Below, piece by piece: positions 9,989 through 18,615 of a DNA stretch of 64,000 bases; position 1 is the first letter of the stretch; each line of letters begins with the position of its first letter. Under the pieces are notes generated by a model. It was not told the DNA's origin, did no database searches, and was given only the letters and a program-made list of their open reading frames with translations. The stretch lies in contig CAJQLF010000006.1 of NCBI GenBank assembly GCA_905479115.1, positions 7,296-71,295 on the forward strand. Direction: 5' to 3'. The DNA comes from an uncultured Flavobacteriales bacterium (lineage in GTDB: Bacteria; Bacteroidota; Bacteroidia; Flavobacteriales_D; Sanyastnellaceae). The translations under genes were made by a program, and so were the position numbers.

Positions 9989-11091
9989 ATATTTTGCTAA
10001 TCAACCCCTTTCATACTGGATCACATGCCAATTGGGTGAATGGACTCGTGAAGTACCTGCCAGAGATCCAAAACGATCATCTTACCTGCTGGACTCTTAC
10101 CGGTAAACATTGGAAGTGGCGGATGCACGGCGCTGGAGGGCACTTCGCAGACCGAGCTCGAAGTGTAGATTGGGTGCCTGACCTTGTCATCACTACCGAC
10201 ATGATGGATGTGGCTAGCTTTCGAGGACTGCTTCCAGCGCACTGGAGAAAAATCCCAATCGTTCAATATTTTCATGAGAATCAACTGACCTTTCCGTGGA
10301 GTCCAAATGACCCAGAGCTCAAGACGGGACGCAATCGGACGTATGAGTTCATGAACATTCAGTCTGCGGCTGCGGCCGATTCAATTTGGTTTAACTCAGC
10401 ATACCATCGAGATGTATTTATCGCCGCTGCATCATCGTTTCTCAAAGGCATGCCTGATCATACAGCAGCATATAGCCCAAAGAAAATTCATGCTAAATCT
10501 CGTATCGTGCCTCTGGGAATTCGGGATAAGCCAAGCCCTGAACAACGGAGGACCATGAATAGGCCTCCTGTCATTTTATGGAATCATCGCTGGGAATACG
10601 ACAAGGGGCCTGATGCATTTTTTGATAAGTTAAATCTACTTATTCAGTCAGGCGAGAATTTTCAATTAATTCTATGTGGCGAGCAATTCAATGCCATCCC
10701 GGAAGCCTTTCAGAGAATACAAGATTCACATGGTGCCCGAGTCATTCATTCAGGTTTCGCGGAGAGTCAAGCCCAATACGGAGAACTGTTGCAGCAAAGT
10801 GATTTATTGATCCATTTACCTCTGCAAGAATATTTTGGTCTTAGTGTAGCGGAAGCCATGTCAAGCGGAGTCATTCCTTTGCTACAACGTGACCAAGCCT
10901 ATCCTGAGTGGGTTCCAGATGAGTTTTTATTCGATAGTGACGAAGAGTTCTTGGCCAAATGGAGAGCTGCCTTAAAACGCCCTTCAGCCTTGCGTCTGCG
11001 AGCCCATGCCGCAGTTGAGCCCTTCTTCTGGTCCAATGTTGCCATCCAATTTATCGACGAGTGCAGAATGGTTACACCTCATGCTCATTGA
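9985..11091 (+). CDS. DUF3524 + GT1-type glycosyltransferase (tRNA-queuosine mannosyltransferase/GTDC1-like)
   Basis: N-terminus MNILLINPFHTGSHANWVNGL...TGKHWKWRMHGAG resembles DUF3524. The C-terminal half is GT-B-like (EYFGLSVAEAMSSG). The ATG overlaps the upstream stop (ATGA). Confidence 0.65.
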   Translation: MNILLINPFHTGSHANWVNGLVKYLPEIQNDHLTCWTLTGKHWKWRMHGAGGHFADRARSVDWVPDLVITTDMMDVASFRGLLPAHWRKIPIVQYFHENQLTFPWSPNDPELKTGRNRTYEFMNIQSAAAADSIWFNSAYHRDVFIAAASSFLKGMPDHTAAYSPKKIHAKSRIVPLGIRDKPSPEQRRTMNRPPVILWNHRWEYDKGPDAFFDKLNLLIQSGENFQLILCGEQFNAIPEAFQRIQDSHGARVIHSGFAESQAQYGELLQQSDLLIHLPLQEYFGLSVAEAMSSGVIPLLQRDQAYPEWVPDEFLFDSDEEFLAKWRAALKRPSALRLRAHAAVEPFFWSNVAIQFIDECRMVTPHAH

Positions 11092-11540
11092 CTACACAGC
11101 CCAGGAGGCAGACGTTTTGGTCGCCAAGAATCACGATCTAGGCAGGCCAATTCTACCTCAGCTTCAACAATTTTACGATCGTCTATGTAAATGGTACTCT
11201 CGAAGGCGACGCGCACCTCACTGCGCGTATGTATGATTGTCTCAATTCGGATCACATCATCATACTCTGCTCCACCGAGGTAACGCACTTGCAGGTGAAT
11301 CACGGGAAGAATGTAACCGTCCTTCTCCATTTCAGCGTATGAAAAACCTCGTGAACGCAACATCTCAATTCGCGCTACTTCCAAGTATTCCGCATACGCA
11401 GCATGGTGCATTCGTTTCATTTGATCGGTATCGGAATACCGCACTCTCATTTCACACTTATGAACCATCATTTCGGGATAAGTGTCAAAGGTCTTGTAAA
11501 AAGAATTGGATACAAGGAATTCGCTTTCTGCACCAACCAT
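11085..11540 (-). CDS. Acyl-CoA thioesterase, 4HBT (YbgC/FadM-like) hot-dog fold
   Basis: EMRVRYSDTDQMKRMHHAAYAEYLEVARIEMLR. The start is uncertain: ATG 11540, or more typically the MMVHKCEMRV start at 11471/11468. Confidence 0.8.
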   Translation of the reverse strand: MVGAESEFLVSNSFYKTFDTYPEMMVHKCEMRVRYSDTDQMKRMHHAAYAEYLEVARIEMLRSRGFSYAEMEKDGYILPVIHLQVRYLGGAEYDDVIRIETIIHTRSEVRVAFESTIYIDDRKIVEAEVELACLDRDSWRPKRLPPGLCSQ

Positions 11541-11808
11541 GATGATATAAAAAATGCTGTAAATCAGTATTTTATCATTGTATAAATTTACTAAACCAAT
11601 ATAGTTGACGACTAAAATTGGCTAGAACTTATATTCGTCACTTCCGGAATTGAAAAATTCAAAAAGTCAATAGCCATTTCATTTTTTTTTACGGGAGTTT
11701 ATCAGAACCTTGCACCGGAAAATGAACAGGTGTTAATAACACATTAATCCCCGTTTTTTTTCACCTTCGTATTCAACATTCAACTTGACCTCCAGATAAC
11801 CTAGAAGC

Positions 11809-13251
11809 ATGAGCCAGGATCACTTGACCATTTGGAAGAATTGCCTTTGCATCATAAAAGACAACATAAGCAGCCAAGCATTCAAAACATGGTTCGAGCC
11901 TATTAAGGCGCTGAAAATCGAAAATAATGTTTTGACGATTCAAGTGCCTTCTCAATTTTTCTACGAATGGTTAGAAGAACACTACATTCAGCTGTTAAGC
12001 AAAACCATTCACAAGGAATTAGGTCCTGACGCTCGATTAGAGTACAGTATTATCATGGAAAACTCGCGGACCAATAGCTCCGGTTCGAGCAACCCATATG
12101 CGGTCAAGGTTCCGATGACCAATCGGCAAGCAACACAAAATCCATCTGTCCCTCTTTCAACTGGAATCCACAACACACCGATAAAGAATCCTTTTGTGAT
12201 TCCCGGTTTGCGAAAGCTCAATATCGATTCCAACCTGAATCCCAATTACCACTTTGGTCAATTCATTGAAGGAGAATGCAACAGGTTAGCGCGCTCGGCA
12301 GGTTTTGCCGTTGCCAACAAGCCTGGCGGAACATCCTTCAACCCGTTGTTAATTTATGGATCCACCGGTTTAGGGAAAACGCACCTCGCTCATGCCATTG
12401 GACTTGAGATCAAGGAGCGCAATCCGGAGTTGACCGTGCTATATGTGAGTTCAGAGAAGTTCACCCATCAATTCATTGATGCCGTTCGTAATAACTCGGT
12501 GAATGACTTCAGTCACTTCTATCAGATGGTCGATGTTTTGTTGATCGATGATGTACAGTTCTTCAGTGGAAAGGAGAAAACACAGGATGTATTCTTTCAC
12601 ATCTTCAATCACCTGCATCAAACAGGGAAGCAAATCGTCTTGACCAGTGACAAGCCACCTGTAGAAATGCAAGGCATGGAACAGCGATTACTCAGCCGTT
12701 TCAAATGGGGCTTGAGTGCAGATTTACAGGTACCCTCCCTGGAAACGCGCATGGCCATACTCGAGAAGATGATGTACGCCGATGGCATCGAATTGCCACG
12801 TGAGGTAGTCGAATATTTGGCCTACAGCATCACATCGAATGTTCGGGAACTCGAGGGCGCTCTCATTTCTTTAATTGCTCAGAGCAGCCTTAACAAAAAG
12901 GCAATCACCCTGGACTTGGCCAAACAAATGATAGACAAGTTCGTTAAGAACACGGCCCGCGAAGTCAGCATTGACTACATCCAAAAAGTAGTGTGCGATT
13001 ATTTTGACTTGCCGCTAGAGCTACTCAAGTCCAAGACACGGAAACGTGAAATAGTACAAGCGCGTCAAATTGCCATGTATTTCTCGAAAAAAATGACGAA
13101 AAGTTCATTGGCCAACATTGGCTTGCACTGCGGAGGAAAGGATCACGCAACTGTATTGCATGCTTGCAGAACGGTAAATAACTTGCAAGAAACAGACAAG
13201 CACTTCCGCAAGTACTTGGACGATTTGGAAAAGAAGCTAGCGATTCACTAA
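11809..13251 (+). CDS. dnaA: Chromosomal replication initiator DnaA
   Basis: Walker A GSTGLGKTHLAHAIG, Walker B LLIDDVQF, and C-terminal DNA-binding domain RQIAMYFSKKMT...GGKDHATVLHACR. Confidence 0.97.
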   Translation: MSQDHLTIWKNCLCIIKDNISSQAFKTWFEPIKALKIENNVLTIQVPSQFFYEWLEEHYIQLLSKTIHKELGPDARLEYSIIMENSRTNSSGSSNPYAVKVPMTNRQATQNPSVPLSTGIHNTPIKNPFVIPGLRKLNIDSNLNPNYHFGQFIEGECNRLARSAGFAVANKPGGTSFNPLLIYGSTGLGKTHLAHAIGLEIKERNPELTVLYVSSEKFTHQFIDAVRNNSVNDFSHFYQMVDVLLIDDVQFFSGKEKTQDVFFHIFNHLHQTGKQIVLTSDKPPVEMQGMEQRLLSRFKWGLSADLQVPSLETRMAILEKMMYADGIELPREVVEYLAYSITSNVRELEGALISLIAQSSLNKKAITLDLAKQMIDKFVKNTAREVSIDYIQKVVCDYFDLPLELLKSKTRKREIVQARQIAMYFSKKMTKSSLANIGLHCGGKDHATVLHACRTVNNLQETDKHFRKYLDDLEKKLAIH

Positions 13252-13257
13252 ACCAGG

Positions 13258-13698
13258 ATGCGCGCTTTGGTTGTCTGCTTGGGGAATATTTGCCGATCCC
13301 CGATTGGAGAAGGCCTTTTGAAACATCATGCCGCGTTGACTGGCTTGCCCCTAACCGTTGATTCAGCGGGGACATCAGGTTGGCATCAAGGCGATTTGCC
13401 CGATGAACGAAGCATCGCAGTCATGAAGCACCATGGCCACGACATTCGTGATCAAAGGTCTCGAGCCCTTACCCAAGAGGACCTCTATCTATTTGATTTC
13501 ATTCTGGTGATGGATGAACAAAACGAGCAGGATGTTATGGCCCTAGGACACGGAACCGCGCGTGTTGCTCGATTTGTCCCGGGCCAAGATGTGCCCGACC
13601 CCTACTTCGGAGGCACCAATGGATTTGAAACCGTTTACACAATGGTCGACCAAGCGGCTCAAAATTGGATCAAAGAATGGCACACCACAAAACTGTAA
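13258..13698 (+). CDS. Low-molecular-weight protein-tyrosine phosphatase
   Basis: P-loop VCLGNICRSP (CX5R) and DPYFGG Asp loop. Confidence 0.9.
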   Translation: MRALVVCLGNICRSPIGEGLLKHHAALTGLPLTVDSAGTSGWHQGDLPDERSIAVMKHHGHDIRDQRSRALTQEDLYLFDFILVMDEQNEQDVMALGHGTARVARFVPGQDVPDPYFGGTNGFETVYTMVDQAAQNWIKEWHTTKL

Positions 13699-13703
13699 AC
13701 GAC

Positions 13704-14408
13704 ATGCCCACCCTTCACCTGATTCCAAATACATTGGGTTGCCGTTATCCCCACGCCGTTTTGGCCCCTTCCGCCATTCAAGCATTGCAATCGTGCGAAA
13801 GGATGATTGTAGAAAGTGATCGGTTTGCCCGTCGATTGCTCAAAGATGCATTTCCCGAAGAAAGCCCACAAAGGAAGCTAAGCTTCCCCTTAAATGAGCA
13901 CACGACGCCAGAAGACTTAGTTGATTTAATTCAATGGTTCAAGGGAGACTCAGACATTGCTTTAGTCTCTGATGCAGGCGCACCCGCAGTAGCAGACCCC
14001 GGTGCCGCTGCCGTCCGAATGGCACACAATGCGGGCTGGAACGTCCAACCCCATGTAGGGCCTAGCTCCATCTTATTAGCCCTAATGGCTTCTGGACTGA
14101 ATGGACAGCAATTTGCATTCAAAGGTTATCTACCTCGGGATCGAAGCATACGGGATCGGCTTTGGAGAGAAATGAAAGAAGGCTTGCAGCGAAGGCGAGA
14201 AACCCAAATTTTTATGGAGCCTCCCTACCGCAACATGCAAGCATTCTCAGAATGCCTTGATCGTCTAGACCTAGATCAGCAAATGTGTATAGCAGTGGAC
14301 TTAACCTTGGAAACGGAATGGATTAGATCACAGACTGTTGAGGAATGGAAAAAAGGACAGCAACCCGATCTAGACAAGCGCCCATGCCTCTTTCTTATCG
14401 GCCAATAA
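13704..14408 (+). CDS. SAM-dependent methyltransferase, tetrapyrrole-methylase/RsmI-like family
   Basis: SDAGAPAVADPGAAAV resembles the SDAGxPxxSDPG motif of RsmI-like enzymes. The internal ATG at 13704 (MPTLHLIPNTLG) was chosen. Confidence 0.7.
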   Translation: MPTLHLIPNTLGCRYPHAVLAPSAIQALQSCERMIVESDRFARRLLKDAFPEESPQRKLSFPLNEHTTPEDLVDLIQWFKGDSDIALVSDAGAPAVADPGAAAVRMAHNAGWNVQPHVGPSSILLALMASGLNGQQFAFKGYLPRDRSIRDRLWREMKEGLQRRRETQIFMEPPYRNMQAFSECLDRLDLDQQMCIAVDLTLETEWIRSQTVEEWKKGQQPDLDKRPCLFLIGQ

Positions 14409-15420
14409 GCGCCGCAGTCTTCAGCGGTTCTACCTCAGTCAAGGCCCACTGAAAACCAACAACCTCGGACGGACTCATGCCAGCTTCCGGCACACCTTCT
14501 TGTCCGAACGCTAAATCCACTGGACACCAGCACTCCCATTTTTTTTGTTTGGGGTACATCTGCAATAGCTCTTGGAGCACTGGCAACAACTGCCCCTCGT
14601 CTTGTCGACTGAATTCCCATGCTGTCAAGCCCAAACTCAGCGGCGCCAATTCCCTTCCCTGCCATTTAAATGTGCGCAGCTCAATGTTCAATGCCGACGG
14701 CACCGTATCAAAAGAATCTGCCGCATCGAACCATGCAAGACACGGCGATCCTGCCAACTGACGGTGAGAAATCCAATCGGAGCCGCCTGGCCAATGTCCA
14801 AGCTCAAACGCATTGAGCATCTCGTTCCATTGCAGGCGGCCAGAATATGGAGCCAAGGATACCGATGCGTTGTTCGATGCATTTTGACTGATATTCAGCC
14901 AAAGCACAGCTTCTTGCGGAATCAATGGAGGCCAGCCGGACAGACCCCAGCCTAAATGCGACGGAATTAAGCACTCCCCTTCCCCTACTTCTCCTAGCAA
15001 ATTCGCAAACTCATGAAATCCCCGAGGCCAATCCGATCGATTCCAGATAAATTGAAAAGGTGCTTCATCCGTCCACTCCATAACGAGGGTCGAATCAATC
15101 AGCCGCATTTCTCCAATCCAGGATACCGTGTCTCCAACCTCCAATTCACGCAACCGGCTTTCCCACGGCTGTTCAGACCATGCACGCAAGCCAGCGGGTG
15201 TAATTGTATCATGCGTCATTTTGTGCATGACAGACCATTGCAAGGATATGGAGTCCAGCATCGCCTCCTCAACCACCAATTTATTGCGGTTAAATTGAAT
15301 CAAATCTTCTTGCGATACTCCTGCCGCTGGTTGAGACTCATTCGGCGCTTGACATCCCAATCCTCCAATTCCGATGGCGAAAAGCAGTGCAACATGGGAT
15401 GAAAATGACCAGCGACTCAT
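14395..15420 (-). CDS. Lipoprotein with two degenerate FKBP-like domains (possible GldI-like PPIase relative)
   Basis: Lipobox LFAIGIGGLGC. Two segments show an FKBP-like pattern (GDTVSW..FIW....GFHEFANLLGEVGEGECLIPSHLGWG...IPQEAVLWLNI, and ...LLPVLQELLQMYPKQKKWECWCPVDLAFG). The ATG overlaps the nrnA stop (ATGA). Confidence 0.4.
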   Translation of the reverse strand: MSRWSFSSHVALLFAIGIGGLGCQAPNESQPAAGVSQEDLIQFNRNKLVVEEAMLDSISLQWSVMHKMTHDTITPAGLRAWSEQPWESRLRELEVGDTVSWIGEMRLIDSTLVMEWTDEAPFQFIWNRSDWPRGFHEFANLLGEVGEGECLIPSHLGWGLSGWPPLIPQEAVLWLNISQNASNNASVSLAPYSGRLQWNEMLNAFELGHWPGGSDWISHRQLAGSPCLAWFDAADSFDTVPSALNIELRTFKWQGRELAPLSLGLTAWEFSRQDEGQLLPVLQELLQMYPKQKKWECWCPVDLAFGQEGVPEAGMSPSEVVGFQWALTEVEPLKTAALIGR

Positions 15421-16472
15421 GGGCGAGGAAACCAATGCAGCAATTGAGACTCAATGTGGCTCACTAGGGATAGCGCAGTTGATCCGTGGTAAATACCACC
15501 TGCTGCGTTGCGATGACCTCCTCCCTCGAAGTGCTCAGCTGCGATATCGCGAACGCTCAAATCTCCAGTTGATCGGAAACTCATTTTAAACAAGCCTCCC
15601 TTGGACTCTTTTGCAAATATCGCCACGTGAATGCCCTCTAGTGCTAGGGCCCGATTCACCACTCCTTCTGTATCGCCAGGTTGGTAATTAAAACGCTCTA
15701 ACGTCTCTAAATCCAAAACGATTAAAGCAACCCCAAAATCCATCCATGTGTATAATTTATCGCTCAAGGCATGTCCTTCAAGCTGCACTTGGTTGAGAGA
15801 TCGCTGATCAAATGTCTGCTCGTGAATTCGAGCGTGATCAATTCCGAGCCCTACCAAATGGGACAGAACGAGGTGCGTGTGAGCAGAGACCGATGAAAAT
15901 CTAAAAGACCCCGTATCCGTCATGATTCCTGTATACATGCAGATAGCTGAAGCCTGCGACAAGGACTCCAATCTCCTCCAACTTGCTATCAAATCAAAAA
16001 CCAGTTCACAAGTCGATCCGCAAGCAGGGTCGGAGAATAAATGATCCGCAAAATCTTCGGGAAGTTGGTGGTGATCGACCACCCATTTTTTGGCAGGGGA
16101 TGTTCGCAAGGCTTCTTCCATGCTTCCCGTACGCCCTGGACCGTTGAAATCAAGGCACCAAATGAGCTCAGCCCTCCCTAATAACTCCCCAGTCGCTTCT
16201 GGATTTTCCTCAAAAAAATGAATGGAATCTGAACCGGGCAACCACGCTAAGTTCCTTGGAAATCGATCGGGTAAAACTGCTTCGACGTTGAGCCCCGCTT
16301 CTTTTAGATGATGCGTTAAAGCAAGCACGGAACCCACAGCATCACCATCGGGAGACCGATGAGCCGTTACCACGATCAAATCGAGCGCAGCCAACTCAAC
16401 CCAGGTCGACTGGGCCGCTTCAGAACGCATAACATTTGACGCTGTGTCCAATAAGTTTGTAGCCAGATTCAT
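15417..16472 (-). CDS. nrnA: DHH-family oligoribonuclease / pAp phosphatase NrnA
   Basis: HRSPDGDAVGS, VVDHHQ and GGGHRNAAG (DHH/DHHA1 motifs). The ATG at 16472 (MNLATNLL) is preferred to the longer ORF. Confidence 0.85.
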   Translation of the reverse strand: MNLATNLLDTASNVMRSEAAQSTWVELAALDLIVVTAHRSPDGDAVGSVLALTHHLKEAGLNVEAVLPDRFPRNLAWLPGSDSIHFFEENPEATGELLGRAELIWCLDFNGPGRTGSMEEALRTSPAKKWVVDHHQLPEDFADHLFSDPACGSTCELVFDLIASWRRLESLSQASAICMYTGIMTDTGSFRFSSVSAHTHLVLSHLVGLGIDHARIHEQTFDQRSLNQVQLEGHALSDKLYTWMDFGVALIVLDLETLERFNYQPGDTEGVVNRALALEGIHVAIFAKESKGGLFKMSFRSTGDLSVRDIAAEHFEGGGHRNAAGGIYHGSTALSLVSHIESQLLHWFPRP

Positions 16473-16505
16473 GCGTAGCAAGTTACCACGTCCTACTTTT
16501 GTTCC

Positions 16506-17063
16506 ATGCGCAACGCTGCTATCATTCTTACGATGTTTTTCACAGCCCTCGTGAATGAAACGACGAGCAGCCTGCCCCATGATGCTTCAGCTGATGCAAT
16601 CATTCATCATGACTTTCATTACAGCAGACTGGTCATTGACTGGAATCATCAGACACAGACTTGGCAAGGCATACTGAGAGTTTTTACAGACGATATAGAA
16701 GTGGCGTTGAATCGAATGAAAGGAACTGAGACCGCATGGCGGCTGGGCGACAACCGCGAGCACCCTTCAGCGGATGAAGCCCTTTTCGCATACGCCAGCG
16801 GCCACTGGCATCTCATTTCACCGCACTCAGAAACTGTGAGTTGGACGTTCATTGGCAAGGAAGTAGATTATGATTTGACTTTCATCTACCTCGAAAGTGC
16901 CCGTGCGCATCCCGATTCGTTGGCGACTATGGAGAGCGATGGGTTGTTTGAATTGTTTGAGGACCAGGTCAATGAGGTTACCATTCAGCGGGGTGATTCA
17001 TCCAGCCGATTCTGGTTAACGGCGGAAGATCCATCCAAACCTGTTCAATTCATTGATCCATGA
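16506..17063 (+). CDS. DUF6702 family protein
   Basis: HDFHYSRLVIDWNHQTQTWQGILRVFTDDIEVAL resembles the conserved N-terminal block of DUF6702 proteins. An N-terminal hydrophobic segment is present. Confidence 0.6.
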   Translation: MRNAAIILTMFFTALVNETTSSLPHDASADAIIHHDFHYSRLVIDWNHQTQTWQGILRVFTDDIEVALNRMKGTETAWRLGDNREHPSADEALFAYASGHWHLISPHSETVSWTFIGKEVDYDLTFIYLESARAHPDSLATMESDGLFELFEDQVNEVTIQRGDSSSRFWLTAEDPSKPVQFIDP

Positions 17064-17716
17064 AAAAGGCAGATAAAGTGGCGCTCATCTTGGAAACTCT
17101 CCAAGCCTATTATCCCAATCCTCCGGTGCCATTGGACCACAGGGATCCATATACACTTTTGATTGCCGTTCTGCTTTCTGCGCAGTGCACTGACCAGCGG
17201 GTGAATACCGTCACGCCAGCCTTATTCGAAGCCGCCAACACGCCAGCACAAATGGTTCAGATGCAAGTCGAAGACATCCAAGCCATCATCCGGCCATGCG
17301 GTCTTTCACCGGCCAAATCCAAAAATATCCATCGGCTTTCTGAACTATTGATACGAGATCATCAAGGCGAGGTACCTCAAGATTTGGAAGCGCTGGAAGC
17401 CCTTCCTGGAGTGGGTCACAAAACAGCTTCCGTCGTTATGGCGCAGTCATTCGGCGTTCCCTCGTTTCCCGTGGACACCCACATCCATCGATTGATGTAC
17501 CGTTGGGGCTTGACGAACGGCAAAAACGTCGAACAAACTGAGCGTGATGCAAAGCGGCTCTTCCCGAAGGAGCGATGGAATGATCTCCACCTTCAAATCA
17601 TTTTTTACGGCCGTGAATTTAGTCCAGCCCGGGGCTTGAAATGGGAACATGATTTCTTGCTCCAACAGTGTGGCCGACCGTCTGAACAACGAAAATGGCA
17701 GCCGAGCACCGCATAA
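17060..17716 (+). CDS. nth: Endonuclease III family DNA glycosylase/AP lyase (variant lacking Fe-S ligands)
   Basis: HhH-GPD motifs LPGVGHKTASVV and VDTHIHRL. The C-terminus YGREFSPARGLKWEHDF carries no Cys-X6-C-X2-C-X5-C cluster. The ATG overlaps the upstream stop (ATGA). Confidence 0.85.
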   Translation: MKKADKVALILETLQAYYPNPPVPLDHRDPYTLLIAVLLSAQCTDQRVNTVTPALFEAANTPAQMVQMQVEDIQAIIRPCGLSPAKSKNIHRLSELLIRDHQGEVPQDLEALEALPGVGHKTASVVMAQSFGVPSFPVDTHIHRLMYRWGLTNGKNVEQTERDAKRLFPKERWNDLHLQIIFYGREFSPARGLKWEHDFLLQQCGRPSEQRKWQPSTA

Positions 17717-17718
17717 AA

Positions 17719-18615
17719 ATGGAGAACTCAGGCGTCCGACTCCCTGCCGACATGCCGTGGTTCGAGCAACAAATCAAGCAGATTCGTCATCGAGCTTGGC
17801 TCTTAAGACAATGCCTTAGGAAGGGCAAACGGCCTCCCGTGTTGTATGTATGGCCAGAGTTTCCCTCAAAAAGAGCAGCTCTTTACAAAATGGCACGATC
17901 CCTCGGCTGGGAATTAACAAATGTGCCCCGTGGTGCAGCGTTGGGTGGTATTCGATTTGAAGACACCACAGAACAATTTACACAGAACAGCACATGGCCA
18001 GCGAATATGCAATCGTCTCGTGTTTGGAATGACCAGTGTTCAGACATCCGAAAAACCACTCTTGAAAGAGCACATGTCAAGGCCTTTGGGTATGGCATGG
18101 CTGTCAATCCCATTACGCATGATGGATTGATGGTGGTCAAAAGCGACGAAAACGCGAAGCACGATGGTCAATTGGTACAAGGACCTCTCGATTCTGAGAA
18201 CGTTTGCAGCGATGTGGTATATCAATTGAACATCAACAACCGAGATGACTCTGGTCGATACTACGACTACCGAATCGTCTGGATAGGAGGCCAGATTCCT
18301 TTGATTTATCAAAAGTTCAAAGTTCCCGATGCACGATTCACGAATGCGACGGTAGATGCAAAAATATTACCGGATGTTTCGCAAGTACTATCCAATTCAG
18401 AGCTTGAGGCCATCAGGCATCTTACAAGCATAATGTGCGTAGACTATGCTGAATTGGATGCACTCCGAGATCGGCAATCAGGTCGACTCTTCGTTGTGGA
18501 TGTCAACCCAACGCCCTGGGGGCCACCTGCTGGGCTGAATCGTGCGAGTGCTGAAGAGGCCATTCATCGCATGGCCCAATGCCTCAAAGATCAACTGCTT
18601 CCATCCAGCAAGTAA
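17719..18615 (+). CDS. Hypothetical protein, ATP-grasp-like
   Basis: The order of segments resembles an ATP-grasp fold: VVKSDENAKHDG, DYRIVWIGGQ, then DYAELDALRDRQSGRLFVVDVNPTPWGP. An alternative start at ATG 17695 would overlap nth by 22 nt. Confidence 0.4.
   Translation: MENSGVRLPADMPWFEQQIKQIRHRAWLLRQCLRKGKRPPVLYVWPEFPSKRAALYKMARSLGWELTNVPRGAALGGIRFEDTTEQFTQNSTWPANMQSSRVWNDQCSDIRKTTLERAHVKAFGYGMAVNPITHDGLMVVKSDENAKHDGQLVQGPLDSENVCSDVVYQLNINNRDDSGRYYDYRIVWIGGQIPLIYQKFKVPDARFTNATVDAKILPDVSQVLSNSELEAIRHLTSIMCVDYAELDALRDRQSGRLFVVDVNPTPWGPPAGLNRASAEEAIHRMAQCLKDQLLPSSK

Noticed and set aside
11541-11808. oriC immediately upstream of dnaA
   Set aside because: The region is AT-rich with T-tracts, but no 9-mer within one mismatch of TTATCCACA was found on either strand, and there is no gene-orientation switch. 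It is reported as a low-interest finding rather than a feature.
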